Source of the DNA: Paraspadella gotoi
Lineage: Eukaryota > Animalia > Chaetognatha
Assembly (NCBI GenBank): GCA_051294375.1
Contig: JBJCIZ010000239.1
Coordinates: forward strand, 801,721 to 865,720
DNA: 64,000 bases
Direction of reading: 5' to 3'
In this document: piece after piece, positions 44,240 to 59,058 of the stretch
Numbering within the stretch: the stretch's first letter is position 1
Layout of the letters: each line of letters begins with the position of its first letter
Position numbers and translations under genes: made by a program
Notes under the pieces: model-generated
The model's input: the letters and a program-made list of their open reading frames with translations, nothing else
The model's database searches: none
Told to the model about the DNA's origin: nothing

Positions 44240-47200
44240 GCAGAGGTAAGTTTAAGCATCGAGGGTACAGGGTTAAAAAAAGCGGGAAAGTCCGAAAAGC
44301 GATGCCAGTTGTTTGTTTGTTTTTTTCTTTTTTTGGAAAGATCGAGATTATTATAATCGTTTAATTTTTAGATATTATTATATATATTTATTTTAATTAT
44401 AATCTTTTATAATTATCATTATCGTTATCTTTTATATTACTTTTTTTGTTCTTCATGTAATAAAAAATAAACAAATACATCTTGCGTGCATTGCATTTAT
44501 TTTCGCCTTTACTCTCTCGATTATAGATATACTAACATTCGTATGTTTCTTTGTTTTGTTATATTTTATATTTTCGTGGTAGAGTTATATAGCTTTTGTG
44601 GTCTTTTCTAGGCGTTCGATAGTCACGTGGTTAAGCGGATCATATAGAGTCGCTTATTGCGATAGGAGGAGCACGAGAAACGCCTTCTTTCCTTTTGTTT
44701 CTCCGCCTTATGTTTTGCGCGCTTTTCTCAATTGCCTGCGGTCGGCAGAGTGCATTCGACCTCCGACCAAACTGATGGTCAATCGATCTGAACGGCGAGG
44801 TCACATGACCCTAACAGGAGAGTCACATGCCCACCAATAAACCATCCTGAGACCTGGCCACTCCTTTTTCTTTTCTTTTTTTTTTTTTTTTTATGAAATC
44901 TGATCTCCGAGGGGTGGGAACTTATACCGGATACCCCGCCCGTCGTCATGACAACCGTTAATCGGTGACCCGATGCGTGCTTTTTGTTATCAGGATGTTG
45001 AGAAATAGGGGGGGGGGAAGAGAGAATTCGATCTTCCGCTGACCGGTTTCGATCCCAAAGCGCACTCCCCGTGATCGTCGAACCGTCGGAGTAGTTATTG
45101 ATCGAGTGACCGTATTGCGACTATCTCCGACGATTGAGAAAAAGTCACGTGGAAATCACACGATAGAGAGAGAGAAGAATGGGGGGAAGAGACCGGCATA
45201 AAACGATTCATCAGGCCGACTTGGTGATACGGAAGACAATCACTAACCCCCCCCTGGTCCCCGCGCTCACTCCAGTCCGCGATTTTCCGTGAAGTGATTG
45301 ACAGATTCGACCGAGGCATAAAGTCATTGGTTGATGATATCGAGTAATCGATTTACTGAGGCGGAAGTGACGAGGAAATGGTGAACGTTTTTAATGCGAC
45401 GGAAGTTCATACGAGCGAGTCATTGGAGATCGAATATATCCAGCAATTTATTTTTAAGTAATTTATTTGGAGCACTTATAAATGACAACCTACGTTCAGT
45501 AGTTACACGGCGCAAACATTTTTACCAGTGGTTGTACCAATTTCATACAGTTTTTTTTTTTTTGAATGAAACCCTCGGTATTACGTGATATGTTATGTCT
45601 TAATGAAAAAACAATATTCTTTCTTTCAAATGCGAGCTTTGCGAAGAAAAGTTTGGGAACGACGCAAAAGATGTGAATTATTAATTTAGTGAAATTCGCT
45701 TTGTTAGATTTTGATTTTTTGTTTTTTGGTTGCTTTGGTTTGTTAGGCAGACGAAACATGTTGTAAAGAAGGCGAGAGTTCTTCTTGAGATCTGGCTGAC
45801 TCGTACGACACATACTGAGACTAAAAGTGAAAGGGGTCATAACAGCATATCATCTGAACTATTATCTGCGAGAACAAAGAATTTAATTTTGAGTAGGTTT
45901 GTGTATTTCATTTTTTAATTTAAATATAAATTTTAATTAATTTAATTCTGAATTTATTATGAAGGTCAAAATATTTAATTCAATATCTTATTTCAAGGCT
46001 TTAATTTAACTTTTTACGGCTCAGAAATTTCGGCAGCAGTGAAAGAATAGGAAACGGTAACAATCTTATTTTGGATGTACGTGCGCTGTACAATTTCATT
46101 AATCATCTATGCAAACAATAATCTTAACCTTGGGTTTATAACGTTTCTAGAAATTTTTAAATGTGGCGTAACTAAGTGCAAAAGCGGTTACGGTGCGATG
46201 AAATAATTTACAAGGATTAGCTCAAAAAAAATTAACCGGGTTTATTTTTAGGCCGGCGGCGGTCAATGCAATTGGCGGCAAAATAATTGGCAAGACAAGG
46301 AAGCCAAATTTTTTAAGAATGTTCGCCGACGCAAATATGCGGCTAAAGTTAAGAAAACGCACTTTTGGACTCATTGAATAATAAATATTTCGTCAGAATG
46401 TAATTAGGTAAGTTTAAATCGTTATTTGAATTGGAACTGTAGTAACATGGAATATTTTTATGAATAGGTCGTGCAATATTGTGTTAGCGGGCAGTACGTT
46501 ACAAAGACGACGCGATGTTAAATTCATTGTTAATAAATATTATTAAATATCAATTATTATTGTTAACATGCAATCCTTCGGAAACGAAAAAAAAACGAAT
46601 GTTAGTTTCCGAATTTAATGTTTGACTATTAGCGACGCCAAACGTGAGCAGCGATGCCAATCGGACGCTTTACCAAGGTATAGGTTGAACAACGCCTGGT
46701 CGGCACACACTCGCTCTCATGGTACTCAAGTATGCATCATACTAGTCTAGCATAGAAAGGAAATTGAAAAGCGAACGCCGTAAAGACGAGGTGGTGTGTG
46801 AGGAAATCGTTTCGCGGCGAAAGAGAGCGAAAGTTGGAAAAAGAGCGAGCGCCAAAAAATCAAACTAGAAGAGACAAAATAACAAAAATACAAAACTAGA
46901 GGATAACTTTTTTGTTAAATTTAGGTTCGTGTGTTTAAGTAATATTGTTTTTCTGTTAGTTTAAAATTAAAAACCATTTGAACTTAGTTTAAATTTCTTT
47001 TTTTTTTTTAATCTAAAATGGTTACAAATAGTAGATAATGGACTAGATGTCAGAATAATTCAAATTTTCTCATGGTAGTTTTTTAATTATTAACAAATTT
47101 TAAAATTCGGCAATAATTTTAACGAAATATTGCTAATAAAGATAATAGGTAACGGTATCAGGACACGGACTTATCAGCGAGATTAAAAGCGAACCAAAGA

Positions 47201-47769
47201 AGATTGAAAAAACCGATGAGAAAAAGTTTATAAAGAAAATTTTTTTTTTAAAAATTTTTCTTGTTAAATTTTGACGCGAAAAATATAAAATAATTGAGTT
47301 GACAAAAGGGGATGCCAGCGCGACGCGAGAGACAGAGAGAGATTTTGTGGACAGTTAGATGATAAGGAGGGAGAGACGAAGTAAAGAAAAGAAGAGAGAG
47401 CGAGAGGCGATAGAGAGCGAAGAGAGCGAATGATCGAGCTCAAGGTTTCTCCGCCGCGCTGGTCAAGCTATTTGAGCAACGGTCGCGTCGAACCACTGGT
47501 CACTCTTTCTCTCTCTCTCTCTCCTCTCTCTTCTTCTCTCATCCGTCTCTCGTCTCCATCCTCTCTGCGTCCAGTCGCGTCTCCTGCAGCCTCTCGCGTC
47601 CTCTCCCTCATTTCTCATTCTTTCTCTCTTCTGGCGATGTCTCGCGTCCTCTCTCTGCTCTCTCCTGGTCTCTGTTCTCTCCCGGATTGTCTCATCTCGT
47701 GTTTCTAACCCACAGCGCGACGGTTAGGGTTCCCGCGATTTTATTCCGGATTCGAGGGAATACGAGGGA

Positions 47770-47863
<94 letters not shown>

Positions 47864-49468
47864 GAGGACGTGAGATTTCACGCTTCAGAGAGAGAGAGAA
47901 AAGTTTTAGGGTTAGAGCGTAAGTCGGGCCCAAACCGCCTGAAAAATCTGCAATCGACGACGACGACGACGACCGGGACTGACACGAGGAGACACGACGA
48001 CGACGACGACGCAGACGACGACGATCAAACAAAATAAAACGAAGGCGAAGATGAATCTCGTTGTATTAACGAGAACTAAGGCGAACAACGAACGGACGAC
48101 TTCGAAAATGTGACTGTTCCGCTGTTTCTTTTTTTTTTCGACGCGCGCGAAAGATTTATACCGAACTGTGGCCGCTGAAGGACGTCCGCGCTTTTTTGAT
48201 CGGCTCCCGGTCGTCGTCGTTGTTGTCGTTTGTCGGACCTACAACGACTTGAAAGTGAGTTTTTCACCGACCGGGAAGTGAATTTCAAATTAGGAGGAGG
48301 AGGAGGAGGAGAGGAAGAGCCGCCAGTTCTCTGCCGTGATCGAGTAGTCGGTCGTTGCGTCGTCGTTCGTCGTTCTTCGTGTTATTGTAAAAACTTCCTA
48401 CGGATTTTTCATCATGTTGTTCTTCTTCGCTTCGTAAAAACGCTAGAGAGAGAGAGAGACAGAGAAGAGAGAGAGAGAGAGAGAGAAACTCTGGCGCTGC
48501 GTCCCGACGCTGGGCCCGCCTGCAAACGGATTTTCCTGCTGCCCGGGCAGCCTGGTTCTTTTTTTTTCCTTTAACTCCTCCCGCCGCTGCCTAGGGCGGC
48601 GTGAGGCTGCGGCGCTTGAGCGAGAAATCCGACGGCGGAGAAAAAAAAAGAACAGAAAACAGAAAAAAAAGAAGAATAAAGAGAAAAAAGAGGCGGAAAG
48701 GTTGTAATTAGTTAAGGTTTTGCGGCTTCTTTATTTCTTTCTGTCAATTTCTAGTTGCCGGCCGGAATACGTCCGCGAGCAACTCTATAGGTCACCTTAG
48801 CGGTCGGTCCTGTCTCGGATCGATCGGAATATTTTATCCTTCGGTCTGTCTGCTACTTAGAAATGCTCAATAATTTGACTCTAGTTAATTGCTCGCATTT
48901 ATTCAAGAAGGGAAAATCTAAACATGTTATAAGTGACTACCGTTACTAGCGCCGCTTCGCAGGTAATGCCTAAAACTATAAAAAAAAAAGACGAAAATTT
49001 TCGATGCAGTGCGTGTCATAAAATACAATTACATCACTTAAATTTTAAGATTTTTCCCTTCTTAATAAATGAGCAATTAACTAGAGTCAAATTATGAGCA
49101 TTTTTAAAGTAAGCAGACAGACCGAAGGATAAATATTCCGATCGACCGAGCGACAGACCGACCGCTAAGTGACTTATAGAGTTGCTCCGCGAGTATTCCC
49201 GGCGCAACTTAGAAATTGAAGAAAGAATAAAGAAGCCGCAAAAACCTTAACTAAATTACAACTTTCCGCTCTTTTTTCTCTTTTTCTTCTTTTTTTTCTC
49301 TGTTTTCTCTTCTTTTTTTTTCTCCGCGTCGGATTTTCTCGCCTCAACGCCGCAGCCTCACGCCGCCCTAGGCAGCGGCGGGAGGATAAAGGAAAAAAAA
49401 AAGAACCAGCTGCCGGGCAGCAGGAAAAATCCTGCAGGCGGCCCAGCGTCGGACGCAGCGCCAGAGTT

Positions 49469-49504
<36 letters not shown>

Positions 49505-49908
49505 TCTACGTTTTTACGAAGGAAGAAGAACAACGATGATGAAAAATCGTAGGAAGTTTTTACAATAACACGAACGACGACGACGACGACGACGACTACA
49601 TCGATCACGGCAGAGAACACGTGGGGCTCTTCCTCCTCCTCCTCCTCCTCCTCCTAATTTGAAATTCACTTCCGGTCGGTGAAAAACTCACTTTCAAGTC
49701 GTTGTAGGCCGACAACGACAACAACGACGACGACCGGGAGCCGACAAAAAGCGCGGACGTCCTCCAGCGGCCGACAGTTTCGGTATAAATCTTTCGCGCG
49801 CGGAAAAAAAAAAAAAAGAGCGGAAGTCATTTTCGAAGTCGTCGTCGTTGTTGCCTTAGTTCTTGTTAATACAACGAGATTCATCTTCGCTTCGTTTTAT
49901 TTTGTTGA

Positions 49909-49942
<34 letters not shown>

Positions 49943-52900
49943 TTCTTCTTATTTTTGATCTAGGAACTACATCCTATAACTTGTTGATAAATTCCCTTAT
50001 TATTACAATTGATTCATTATTTATTTTATCTCCGAAAACAGATTTTTTCTGGGGAGGATAACATACAATAATAAACCATTTTATATTGTTCCAACTCGAC
50101 GCGACCTTTCGCCCTGTTTTTTTATTCCTGTTTTTGGAATTGTTTGACTGTTCTATCTTCTTCTTAGTATCCGGCGTACTGAGATAAAAACAAAAAGGCT
50201 GAATAGTTTCACCGTAGCAATATCAGTGAGGAATCAGTGAAACACGGGTCCAAAAGAGTCCCAGGGTTATGGACTCTCGCCGCTCACCCTACTCCTTCTT
50301 GTTTTACGAAGACTTAAACCGTTCATGCGTCAATGAAGTGACGTGTCATTGTATCTATAATGGTTTATTATCTAGTCTTATGGAATTAGTCAGCATGTTA
50401 TATGTATGTACATATGCATCAGTCAATCAATCATTAATCAATAATCATTAATCAATTTAATCAATAAATAATTCTTTGTGTTAGTACTTCTATGTATCGG
50501 CTATTGTAACAGTCTTGGTATTAATCAATAGGTAAGCCTGTATCGGTAATATATCTCTCAGCATCAATCATTAATTATTCTCATTCATTTGTGTTAGTCT
50601 ATGTATTAAATCAATAATCGACTTATGCTCTTATTAAAGCCATCATTCTATAAGTCAATATTCTCAGTACGTTTCAGTCTTTGCTTCAAAAGTCGATGAA
50701 TCATTTTATACATTTGATACTGCTTTACAAAACCTACTACTATATTTTTGGCCTACTACACCCAACCCAAACTACATTAACGCGTATATTCAACTTTTTA
50801 AATTTTTTTTTTTTTATTGTTCCTTTAACAACGCTACAAAAAAAAAACCCTCGGACCTTTAATCCAATTTTCATTCACGCGTTAGGAACCGAGGCTACAA
50901 CACTCCTAATCATCATCGTTCGTGCAAGCAGCAGCTAACAGAGGCCCGCAGCAGGTAACCGCAGCACGTAGCTACAGCAGTCGCGGCGGCGACATTCCTC
51001 GTCTGGCCCATGGCTCTTCGACGCGCCACCAGGCATGGTCAAGGCCTATTTTTTTTTTTATTTTTTTTGGTGTTTAACCCTCCAAATAGTTAACCGAAAA
51101 TCTCGACAAAGAGGTGGGAAAAAAATTATTTAAAAAGTGTCTATTATGAAGTTTGTGAAGTTTGGAAGGAAAAAAAAAATTTAGGGAGGGAAAACAATTT
51201 TTTTTGGGGTGGGCGTCAGAGATTAGGAAAGATATTGGCATAAGAGCTTGAGTAGATTAAACTTAAGTATCTGAAAGATAATATATGTTGAACTATTTTG
51301 TATTGAATTCTTGTTTGCGACGCAGTTTTAATGTTTTTTTTTTCTTTTTTTTTTTCTTTAAGACACGGTAAGCGACGATGTTGTGACTAGCATAAAACAT
51401 TAGGAATAAAAACATTTTCCTAGTATAAATGCGGATTGCTTCGAGGTTCTATTTTTGTAGATTTTATTTTTTAATATTTGATGTTCTTATAAAATTATTA
51501 ATAAATAAAGAGAAGAATTACAAGAGATGGACATATCGTTCTCATTTTTTAAAAGTTGATAAAAAAATAAAAAAGACTTGAGCCACACGAACTAGTTTTC
51601 TCTCGAATGATTAATCGAATTAAAAAGAATAAAAATAAATATTATTAAAAAACGCGAAAGAATCGTGAATATTTTCTTCTCCTTTCGGTTTATTTTTATT
51701 TTTTTTTTTTTTTTGCTCCTGACTGAAAAAAAAAAGGATTTTTTGTTTTCAAAGAAAAAACAACACGAATGCGCACGCGCGAGGAGGTTTTTGTCGTTGT
51801 TGTTGTCGGTATGTTTTTTTTTACCGTTGTTATGGTTTTGTCGTTCGTAAAATGTTTGTATTGTTGTTATTCTTGTCTGTTAAAAATCAATAATTTGGAT
51901 CCGTTAAGTTAAAAATAGGAACTAGTTTCTCAATTTTAATTCTTGTCTCGTAAGATTCCGGGCCTCTATTTTTTCAAGAACGCCCCCATTTTTTTTAGTG
52001 AAGATTAAAGTTAAGGATTAGGTTTGTGATTAGGTTAAGGATTGGTTTAATGATTAGGGTTAAGGGATTAGGTTTGTATTAAAGGTTAGGATTAGGTTTG
52101 TGATTAGGGTTAAGATTAGGATTAGGAACAAGGCTTTAAGGTATAAGTTTAGGTAAGACAACCATTTAAAAAAAAAAACACTTAATTTTTTGACAGAATT
52201 CTCTTCCGTAAAAAATTTCCGATTTGAATCAATTTATCATCAAATATTCCCACTCCCCTCGTATTAAAAAATATAATATACGATTGTGCGGTAAAAAAAG
52301 CAAAGCTGGAGAATGACTGTACACACAAAGGAAGGGAGCGACGATTGGTTTCTTTTTGCCGTTTTCAGTGTAGATAAGAAAAACTGGAAGAGGGATAAGA
52401 GACAAAGGAAAAAAGAAAAGAACGCGTCCGTTCAAAGTGTTGCGCCACAGTGACTTTATTTTTACGTCTATTTCTTCCGATCACATGACTAACACGACTA
52501 GGTATGGATAAGGCGCTAAGGCGCTAAGACTACTATCCGTAATTTATGTTCCCCCCTCAGCAGCCAGTGGTCCTGAGCTGATAACTTTACTCAATGAGCC
52601 ACAACTGAAGGTGAATTTAAGCAATATGCCCGACTACATAGTAATTAATGTATAACAAACGTCCTTTATATGAACTTGTACAACCAATTATATAGTATAT
52701 ATATATTGTAATTGTATTTATGACACGCACTGCATCAAAATTTCGTCTTTTTTTTTTTATAGTTTTAGGCGATTACCTGGAAGCGGCGCTAGTACGTAGT
52801 CACTTAAAATTTAAGATTTTTCCCTTCTTTAATAAATGAGCAATTAACTAGAGTCAAATTATGAGCATTTTTAAAGTAAGCAGGACAGACCGAAGGATAA

Positions 52901-53895
52901 ATATTCCGATCGACCGAGACCAGGACCGACCGCTAAGTGATCTATAGAGTTGCTCGCGAGTTATTCCGGCGGCAACTTAGAAATTGAAGAAAGAATAAAG
53001 AAGCCGCAAAACCTCTAATATTACAACTTCGCCTCTTTTTTTCTTTTTCTTCTTTTTTTCTCTTTTTCTTTCTTTTTTTTTCTCCGCGTCGGATTTCTCG
53101 CTCAGCCGCAGCCTCACGCCGCCCTAGGCAGCGGCGGGAGGAGTAAAGGAAAAAAAAAGACCAGCTTGCCCCGGGCAGCAGGAAAAATCCTGCAGCGGCA
53201 GCGTCGGACGCAGCGCCAGAGTTTCTCTCTCTCTCTCTCTCTCTTCTCTGTCTCTCTCTCTCTCTACGTTTTTTACGAAGCGAAGAAGAACAACCATGGA
53301 TGAAAAATCCGCTAGGAAGTTTTTACAATAACACGGCAACAACGACGACGACGCACGACCGACGATACATCGATCACGCGAGAGAACTGGGGCTCTTCCT
53401 CTCCTCCTCCCTCCTCCTCCAATTTGAAATTCACCTTCCCGGTCGTGAAAAACTCACTTTCAATCGTTGGTAGGCCGACAACGACAACAACGACGACGAC
53501 CGGGAGCCGACAAAAAGCGCGGACGTCCCTTCAGCGGCCACAGTTTCGGTTATAAATCTTTCGCGCGCTGCGAAAAAAAAAAGCAAAAGCGGACATGTCA
53601 TTTTCGAAGTCGTCGTCGTTGTTCCCTTAGTTCCTGTTAATACAACGAGAATTCATCTTCGCCTTCGTTTTATTTTGGTTGATCGTCGTCGTGCGTCGTC
53701 GTCGTCGTCCGTCGAGTCTCCCGTTGTCAGTCCCGGTCGTTCGTCGTCGTCGTCGTTGCCAGCATTTTTCAGGGGTTTGGCCCGACTTACGCTCTAACCC
53801 TAAGAACTTTTCTCTCTCTCTCGAAGCGTGAAAATCCTCATCGTCTTCTCTCTCTCTCTCTCTCTCTCCTCTCTCTTCTCTACTCTCTGCTCTCT

Positions 53896-53935
<40 letters not shown>

Positions 53936-56900
53936 CCGCTCCCTGTATCCCTCGAAATCCGGCAATTTAAAATCGCGAAACCCTAACGTGCGCTTGGAAC
54001 CGTTTAGAAACGACACGAGACTGAGGGACGCGAATCGCCTGAGACGAGCAGTGAGACAAAGAAGGACGAGAGAGAGAGAGAGAGAGAGAGAGATGAGATG
54101 GAGGAGAGAGAGAGATGAGAGAAGAAAGAGAGAGAGAGAGAGAGAGAGAGAAAGAGTGNNNNNNNNNNNNNNNNNNNNNNNNNACCAGTGGTTCGACGCG
54201 ACCGTTGTCCGAAATAGTTGACCAGCGGGCGGAGAAACCTTGAGCTCGATCATTCGCTCTCTCGCTCTCTATCGCTCTCGCTCTCTCTTTCTTTTCTTTA
54301 CTTCGTCTCTGCCTCCTTATCAATCATTCTGTCCACAAACTCTCTCTCTGTCTCTCGCGTCGCGTGCATCCCCTTTTGTCAACCAATTTTTTTTTTTTCG
54401 CGTCAAAATTTAAAAGAAAAATTTTTAAAAAAAAATTTTCTTTAATAAACTTTTTCTCATCGGTTTTTCAATCTTCTTTTGGTTTCGCTTTTTAATCTCG
54501 TGAAGTAAGTCCGTTTGTCCTGATACCGTTACCTATTATCTTTTATTAGCAATTATTTCGTTAAAATTATTGCGAATTTTTTAAAATTTGTTTAATAATT
54601 AAAAACTACATGAGAAATTTGATATTATTCTGTGACACAGCGCTATCTACTATTTGTAACCATTTTAGATTAAAAAAAAAAAAGAAATTAAACGAATTCT
54701 AAAGGTTTATTAATTTTAAAACTAACAGAAAAACAATATTACTTAAACACACGAACCTAAATTTAACAAAAAGTATCCTTCTAGTTCTTGTTATTTTTGT
54801 TATTTTTGTCATCTTCTAGTTTGAATTTTTGGCGCTCGTCTTTTTCCAGACTTTCGCTTCCTTCGCCGCGAAACGCTTTCCTCACACACCTCGTCTTACG
54901 CGTTCGCTTTTTCAATTTCCTTTCTATGTAGACTAGTATGATGCATACTGAGACCAGAGAGCGAGTGTGCCGACCAGGGCGTTGTTCAACCCTGTTATTA
55001 CCGGTTAAAAGCGTCCGATCGGATTCGCTGCTCAGTTTGCGTCGTAATAGTCAACATAAATTCGGAAACTTAACATCGTTTTTATTTCGTTTCCAAGATT
55101 GATGTTTAACAATAATAATTGATATTTTAATAATATTTATTAACAATGATTTAACATCGCGTCTCTTTTTGTAACGTACTGCGCTAACACAATATTGCAC
55201 TGACCTATTCATAAAAATATTCCCATGTTACTACAGTTCCAATTCAAATAACGATTTTAAACTTACCTAATTAATTCTGACAAATATTTATTATTCAATG
55301 AGTCCCAAAAGTCGTTTTCTTAAACTTTAGCCGATATTTGCGTCGGACATTCTTAAAATTTGGCTTCCTTGTTTGCAAATTATTTTGCCGCCAAATTTGA
55401 TTGACCGCGCCAGCCTAAAAAATAACCCGGTTAATTTTTTTGACTAATCTTGTAATATATTTCATCGCACCGTAACCGTTTTGACTTATTACCCACATTT
55501 AAAATTTCTAGAAACGTTATAAACCCAAGGTTAAGATTATTGTTTGAATAATGATTAATGAATTGTACAGCGCACGTACATCCAAAAAGATTGTTACCGT
55601 TCCTATTCTTCACTGTGCCGAAATTTCTGAGCCGTAAAAGTTAAATTAAAGCCTTAAATAAGTATATTAATTAATATTTTGACCTTTCATAATAATTCAG
55701 AATTAAATTTAATTATAAATTTATATTTAAATTAAAAAATGAACTACCAATACCTACTCAAATTAAATTCTTTGTCTCGCAGACTAGTAAGATGCATACT
55801 GAGTTAGTGTGACCCTTTCACTTTTTAGTCTCAGTATGTGTCGTACGAGTCAGCCAGATCTCAAGAAACTCTCGCCTTTTTACAACAGTTTTCGTCTTGC
55901 TAACAAACAAAGCTAACAAACAAACAAATCAAATCTAACAAAGCGAATTTCACTAAATTAATAATCACATCTTTTGCGTCGTTCCAAACTTTTCTTCGCA
56001 AATCTCGCATTTGAAAGAAAGAATATTGTTTTTCATTAAGACATTAACATATCACGTAATACGAGGGTTTTCATTTTCAAAAAAAAAAAACTGTATGAAA
56101 TTGGTACAACCACTGTAAAAATTGTTTGCGCCTGTACTACTAACGTTAGGTTGGTATCATTTAGTAAGTGTTTTGTCCAAATAAATTACTAAAATAAATT
56201 GGCTGATATATTCGATCTCCAATGACTCGTCGATGAACTTCCGTCGATAAAACTTCACCATTTTTCCTCTCACTTCCGCTCAGTAAATCGATTCACGGTC
56301 GATATCATCACCAATGACTTTATGCTCGTGAACTCTGTCAATCACTTCACGGAAACGCGGGTGAGTGAGCGCGGGGACCAGGGGGGGGGGGTTGTGATTG
56401 TCTTCCGGTATCACAAAGTCGCGCCTTTTGATTTGATCGTTTTATGGGTTCTCTCTCCCCCCATTCTTTCTCTCTCTCTATCTGTGATTTTCGATCACGT
56501 GACTTTTTTTCTCAATTCGGAGACTGGTCGCAACGGTCACTCGTCAATAACTACTCCACGGTTCGACGATCACGGGGAGTGGTCGGGGATCGAAACCGGT
56601 CAGCGAAGATCGAATTCTCTCTTCCCCCCCCCCTATTTCCAACGATCCTGAAACAAAAGACGCATCGGGTCACCGATTAACGGTTGTCATGACGACGGGC
56701 GGGGTATCCGGTATAAGTCCCGACCCCTCGGAGATCAGATTTCATAAAAAAAAAAAAAAAAGAAAAGAAAAGAGTGGCCAGGTCTCAGGATCGGTTTTTG
56801 GTGGGTCATGTGACCTCGATAGGGGTCATGTGACCTCGCCGGTTCAGATCGATTGACCTCAGTTTTGGTCGGAGGTCGAATGACTCTGCGAACCGAGGAA

Positions 56901-57380
56901 TGAAAAAGGGAAAACAAAGGAAAACAAAGGAAAAAGGGTTTCTCTGCTCCTCCTATCGATAAGCGAGGTCGCAGGAGTGATCCGCTTAACCACGTGACTA
57001 TCGACCCTAGGAAAAGACCACAAAAGCTGATAAAACATTTCCACGAAAAAAAAACAAACAAACAAAGAAACATATCGAATTTAGTTTTTTTTAACAAATC
57101 GAGAGAGTAAAGGGAAAATTTAAATGCAATGCACGCAAGATGTATTTGTTGATTTTTATTACATGAAGAAAAAAAAAGTAATGATAAAGATAACGATAAT
57201 GATAATTATAAAAGATTATAATTAAAAAGAGTAATGATAAAGATAACGATGATAATTATAAACGATTATAATAATCCGATTTCCAAAAAAAAAAAAAAAC
57301 AAACAAACAAAACGGCATCGCTTTTCGGATTTCCCGCTTTTTTTAACCCTACCCTCGATGCTTAAACTTACCTTGCTATT
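44240..57380. repeat. ~4.7 kb-arm inverted duplication (44240-49035 vs 52700-57380)
   Basis: Outer ends match: ggtaagtttaagcatcgaggg vs ccctcgatgcttaaacttacc. Inner ends match: gtgcgtgtcataaaatacaattaca vs tgtaattgtatttatgacacgcac. The spacer is itself made of duplicates. Confidence 0.92.
49990..52705 (+). repeat. Noisy direct copy of 41560-44130 (49040-49945 is also a direct copy of 52800-53700)
   Basis: Colinear landmarks match (catgcatcagtcaatcaatc; ggtatggataaggcgctaaggcgctaag), with many extra single-base insertions. Confidence 0.9.
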
Positions 57381-58223
57381 AGCCTACCGTCTTTCTTTTC
57401 TTCTTTCTTTCATTCTTATCTTATTCTTCTTCAATCGACTCTTTAGATCTCTTTCTTTCTTTTCTTTCTCTCCTCTTTTCCCCTCGGCCAATTTTGCCTT
57501 TGCCCGCCTTTTCTCCTCTCGTCCCTCTCATCTCTCTCTCTCTCTCACTCTCTCCTCTCTCTCCTCTCTCTCTCTCGCTCCTCTCCCTCTCTCCTCCTCT
57601 CCTCTCTCTTCTCTCTCTCTCTCTCTCTTCTTTGTGTTTGCATCCACTCTGAGCAGAGGGAAGGGCCAATTCGTGCTTGACCCGGATCAAGGGGTAAGGA
57701 GTATTCCTGCCTGCGGCCCGGCTCCCTGCTGGCGTTGCTGCGGTGACCTGAAGCTAAGAGACCCGTTTAGGGCCGTTTGTTGTGTTCTCCTTTCATCTCT
57801 CGTGTCCTCTCTCGCTCTCTTCCTCTTCCTCGCTCCTCGTCGTCTCTCCATCTCGAGGTCGCTCCGAGTTCGGGACTCCTCGCCGTCTCTCGAATCTCTC
57901 TCTCTCCGTCCTGCTACATCGTCTCCTCTCTCTCTTTTTCACTTCAACCTGAATACCCTTTGGTTAGGATTAAAAATTCAATACGTAGCCGTAACGGCGT
58001 AAAACTGATCCAAATGTTTTAATCAATAATATACAGTATGCCTTGTACAATAAAATACTAAAATAATGTGTACATATTATTTTACAATCTCAAAAATAAA
58101 CTAGGATCAAAGTTAATTAAAATAATTAAAACCTAACGCGATTATTGTTCGTTGTATATAAAATCTGGTATGAGACAGTAACTAGGAGACAGAATCGCGA
58201 GCGAATTTTCCCAAAAAGTTGAA

Positions 58224-58264
<41 letters not shown>

Positions 58265-58522
58265 ATTCTTTGCATTCTCCCGATCGCAAAGAATGGAGAG
58301 ACGTTAGGGTTAAAGGGATTTCGGCCAATGACGATAGGGTTTAAGGGATTTCGGCCAATGAGGTTCGAGGATATGAAGGTTAACGTTAAACGGTTAACGG
58401 TTAAAAAGTATGAGGATACAAATTGGGTCTGGGTGAAGAATTTCACGAGTTGAGAAATGATCGGACATCATTCATGGCCTTCAGGTTTCTGGCGAATGTA
58501 TTGTAAACTTTTCGCAATCTAT

Positions 58523-58583
58523 CTAACCGGACGCAAATCTGTGACGAATGCGTCGCAAACTCAAATCTGTACTGTACGAAGGC
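58523..58583 (-). CDS. Candidate proximal alternative last exon of the IRSp53-like gene
   Basis: ttAG|G CCT TCG... reads (G)PSYSTDLSLRRIRHRFASG*. Phase 2, compatible with the 58965 donor. The polypyrimidine tract is weak. Confidence 0.5.
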
Positions 58584-58964
58584 CTAATTTCCGAGCTTAA
58601 TCTTTGTATTTTCTTTTGGTACATTGTATTAAATACTTTGATCAACTGTCTGCAATTTTAATTGCGTATCTTTGTTTTTATTACTATCCGTTTTTTTTTT
58701 CTTTTACTTTATATAGTTAGTTATATAGTATATCACTTTATATAGTTCATTTTCTCATTTGCGTACATATCGTAGCGCCTTTAATAATTTATTTTCCATT
58801 TCATCCTTGGAATTACGTAAATTAAACATCCTGGCTTTTTTTCCTCCATAACTTTGTTAGTTTCTCTTCGCTTTTCGCTTTCTCATCGCTTTGTTTATTT
58901 CTATTTGCTATTTTGCTTTTTATTTTCACTTTGCTTCCCCAACTCCTTTGCTTCTTTCCCTCAC

Positions 58965-59058
58965 CCTTCATTGACGTCCGATTCGCCGATGGAACTTCCG
59001 GCGACGCTGCCGCTACTGATGGAACTTCGTTGAGAAGTGGAACGGAGTCCGGCGTAAC
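58965..59058 (-). CDS. BAIAP2: IRSp53-like internal exon (Ser-rich)
   Basis: cAG|GT TAC ... GAA GG|gtgag reads GYAGLRSTSQRSSISSGSVAGSSIGESDVNEG. Phase 1 in, phase 2 out. Confidence 0.7.

Noticed and set aside
49625-49655. PacBio SMRTbell adapter remnant (CCT)n
   Set aside because: It lacks the GTTGTTGTTG half and appears in all genomic copies (~48295, ~53395).
44240-57380. Giant foldback transposon or Polinton with multi-kb TIRs
   Set aside because: There is no transposase, integrase or polymerase ORF. The arms are ordinary intronic sequence and the spacer consists of local duplicates.
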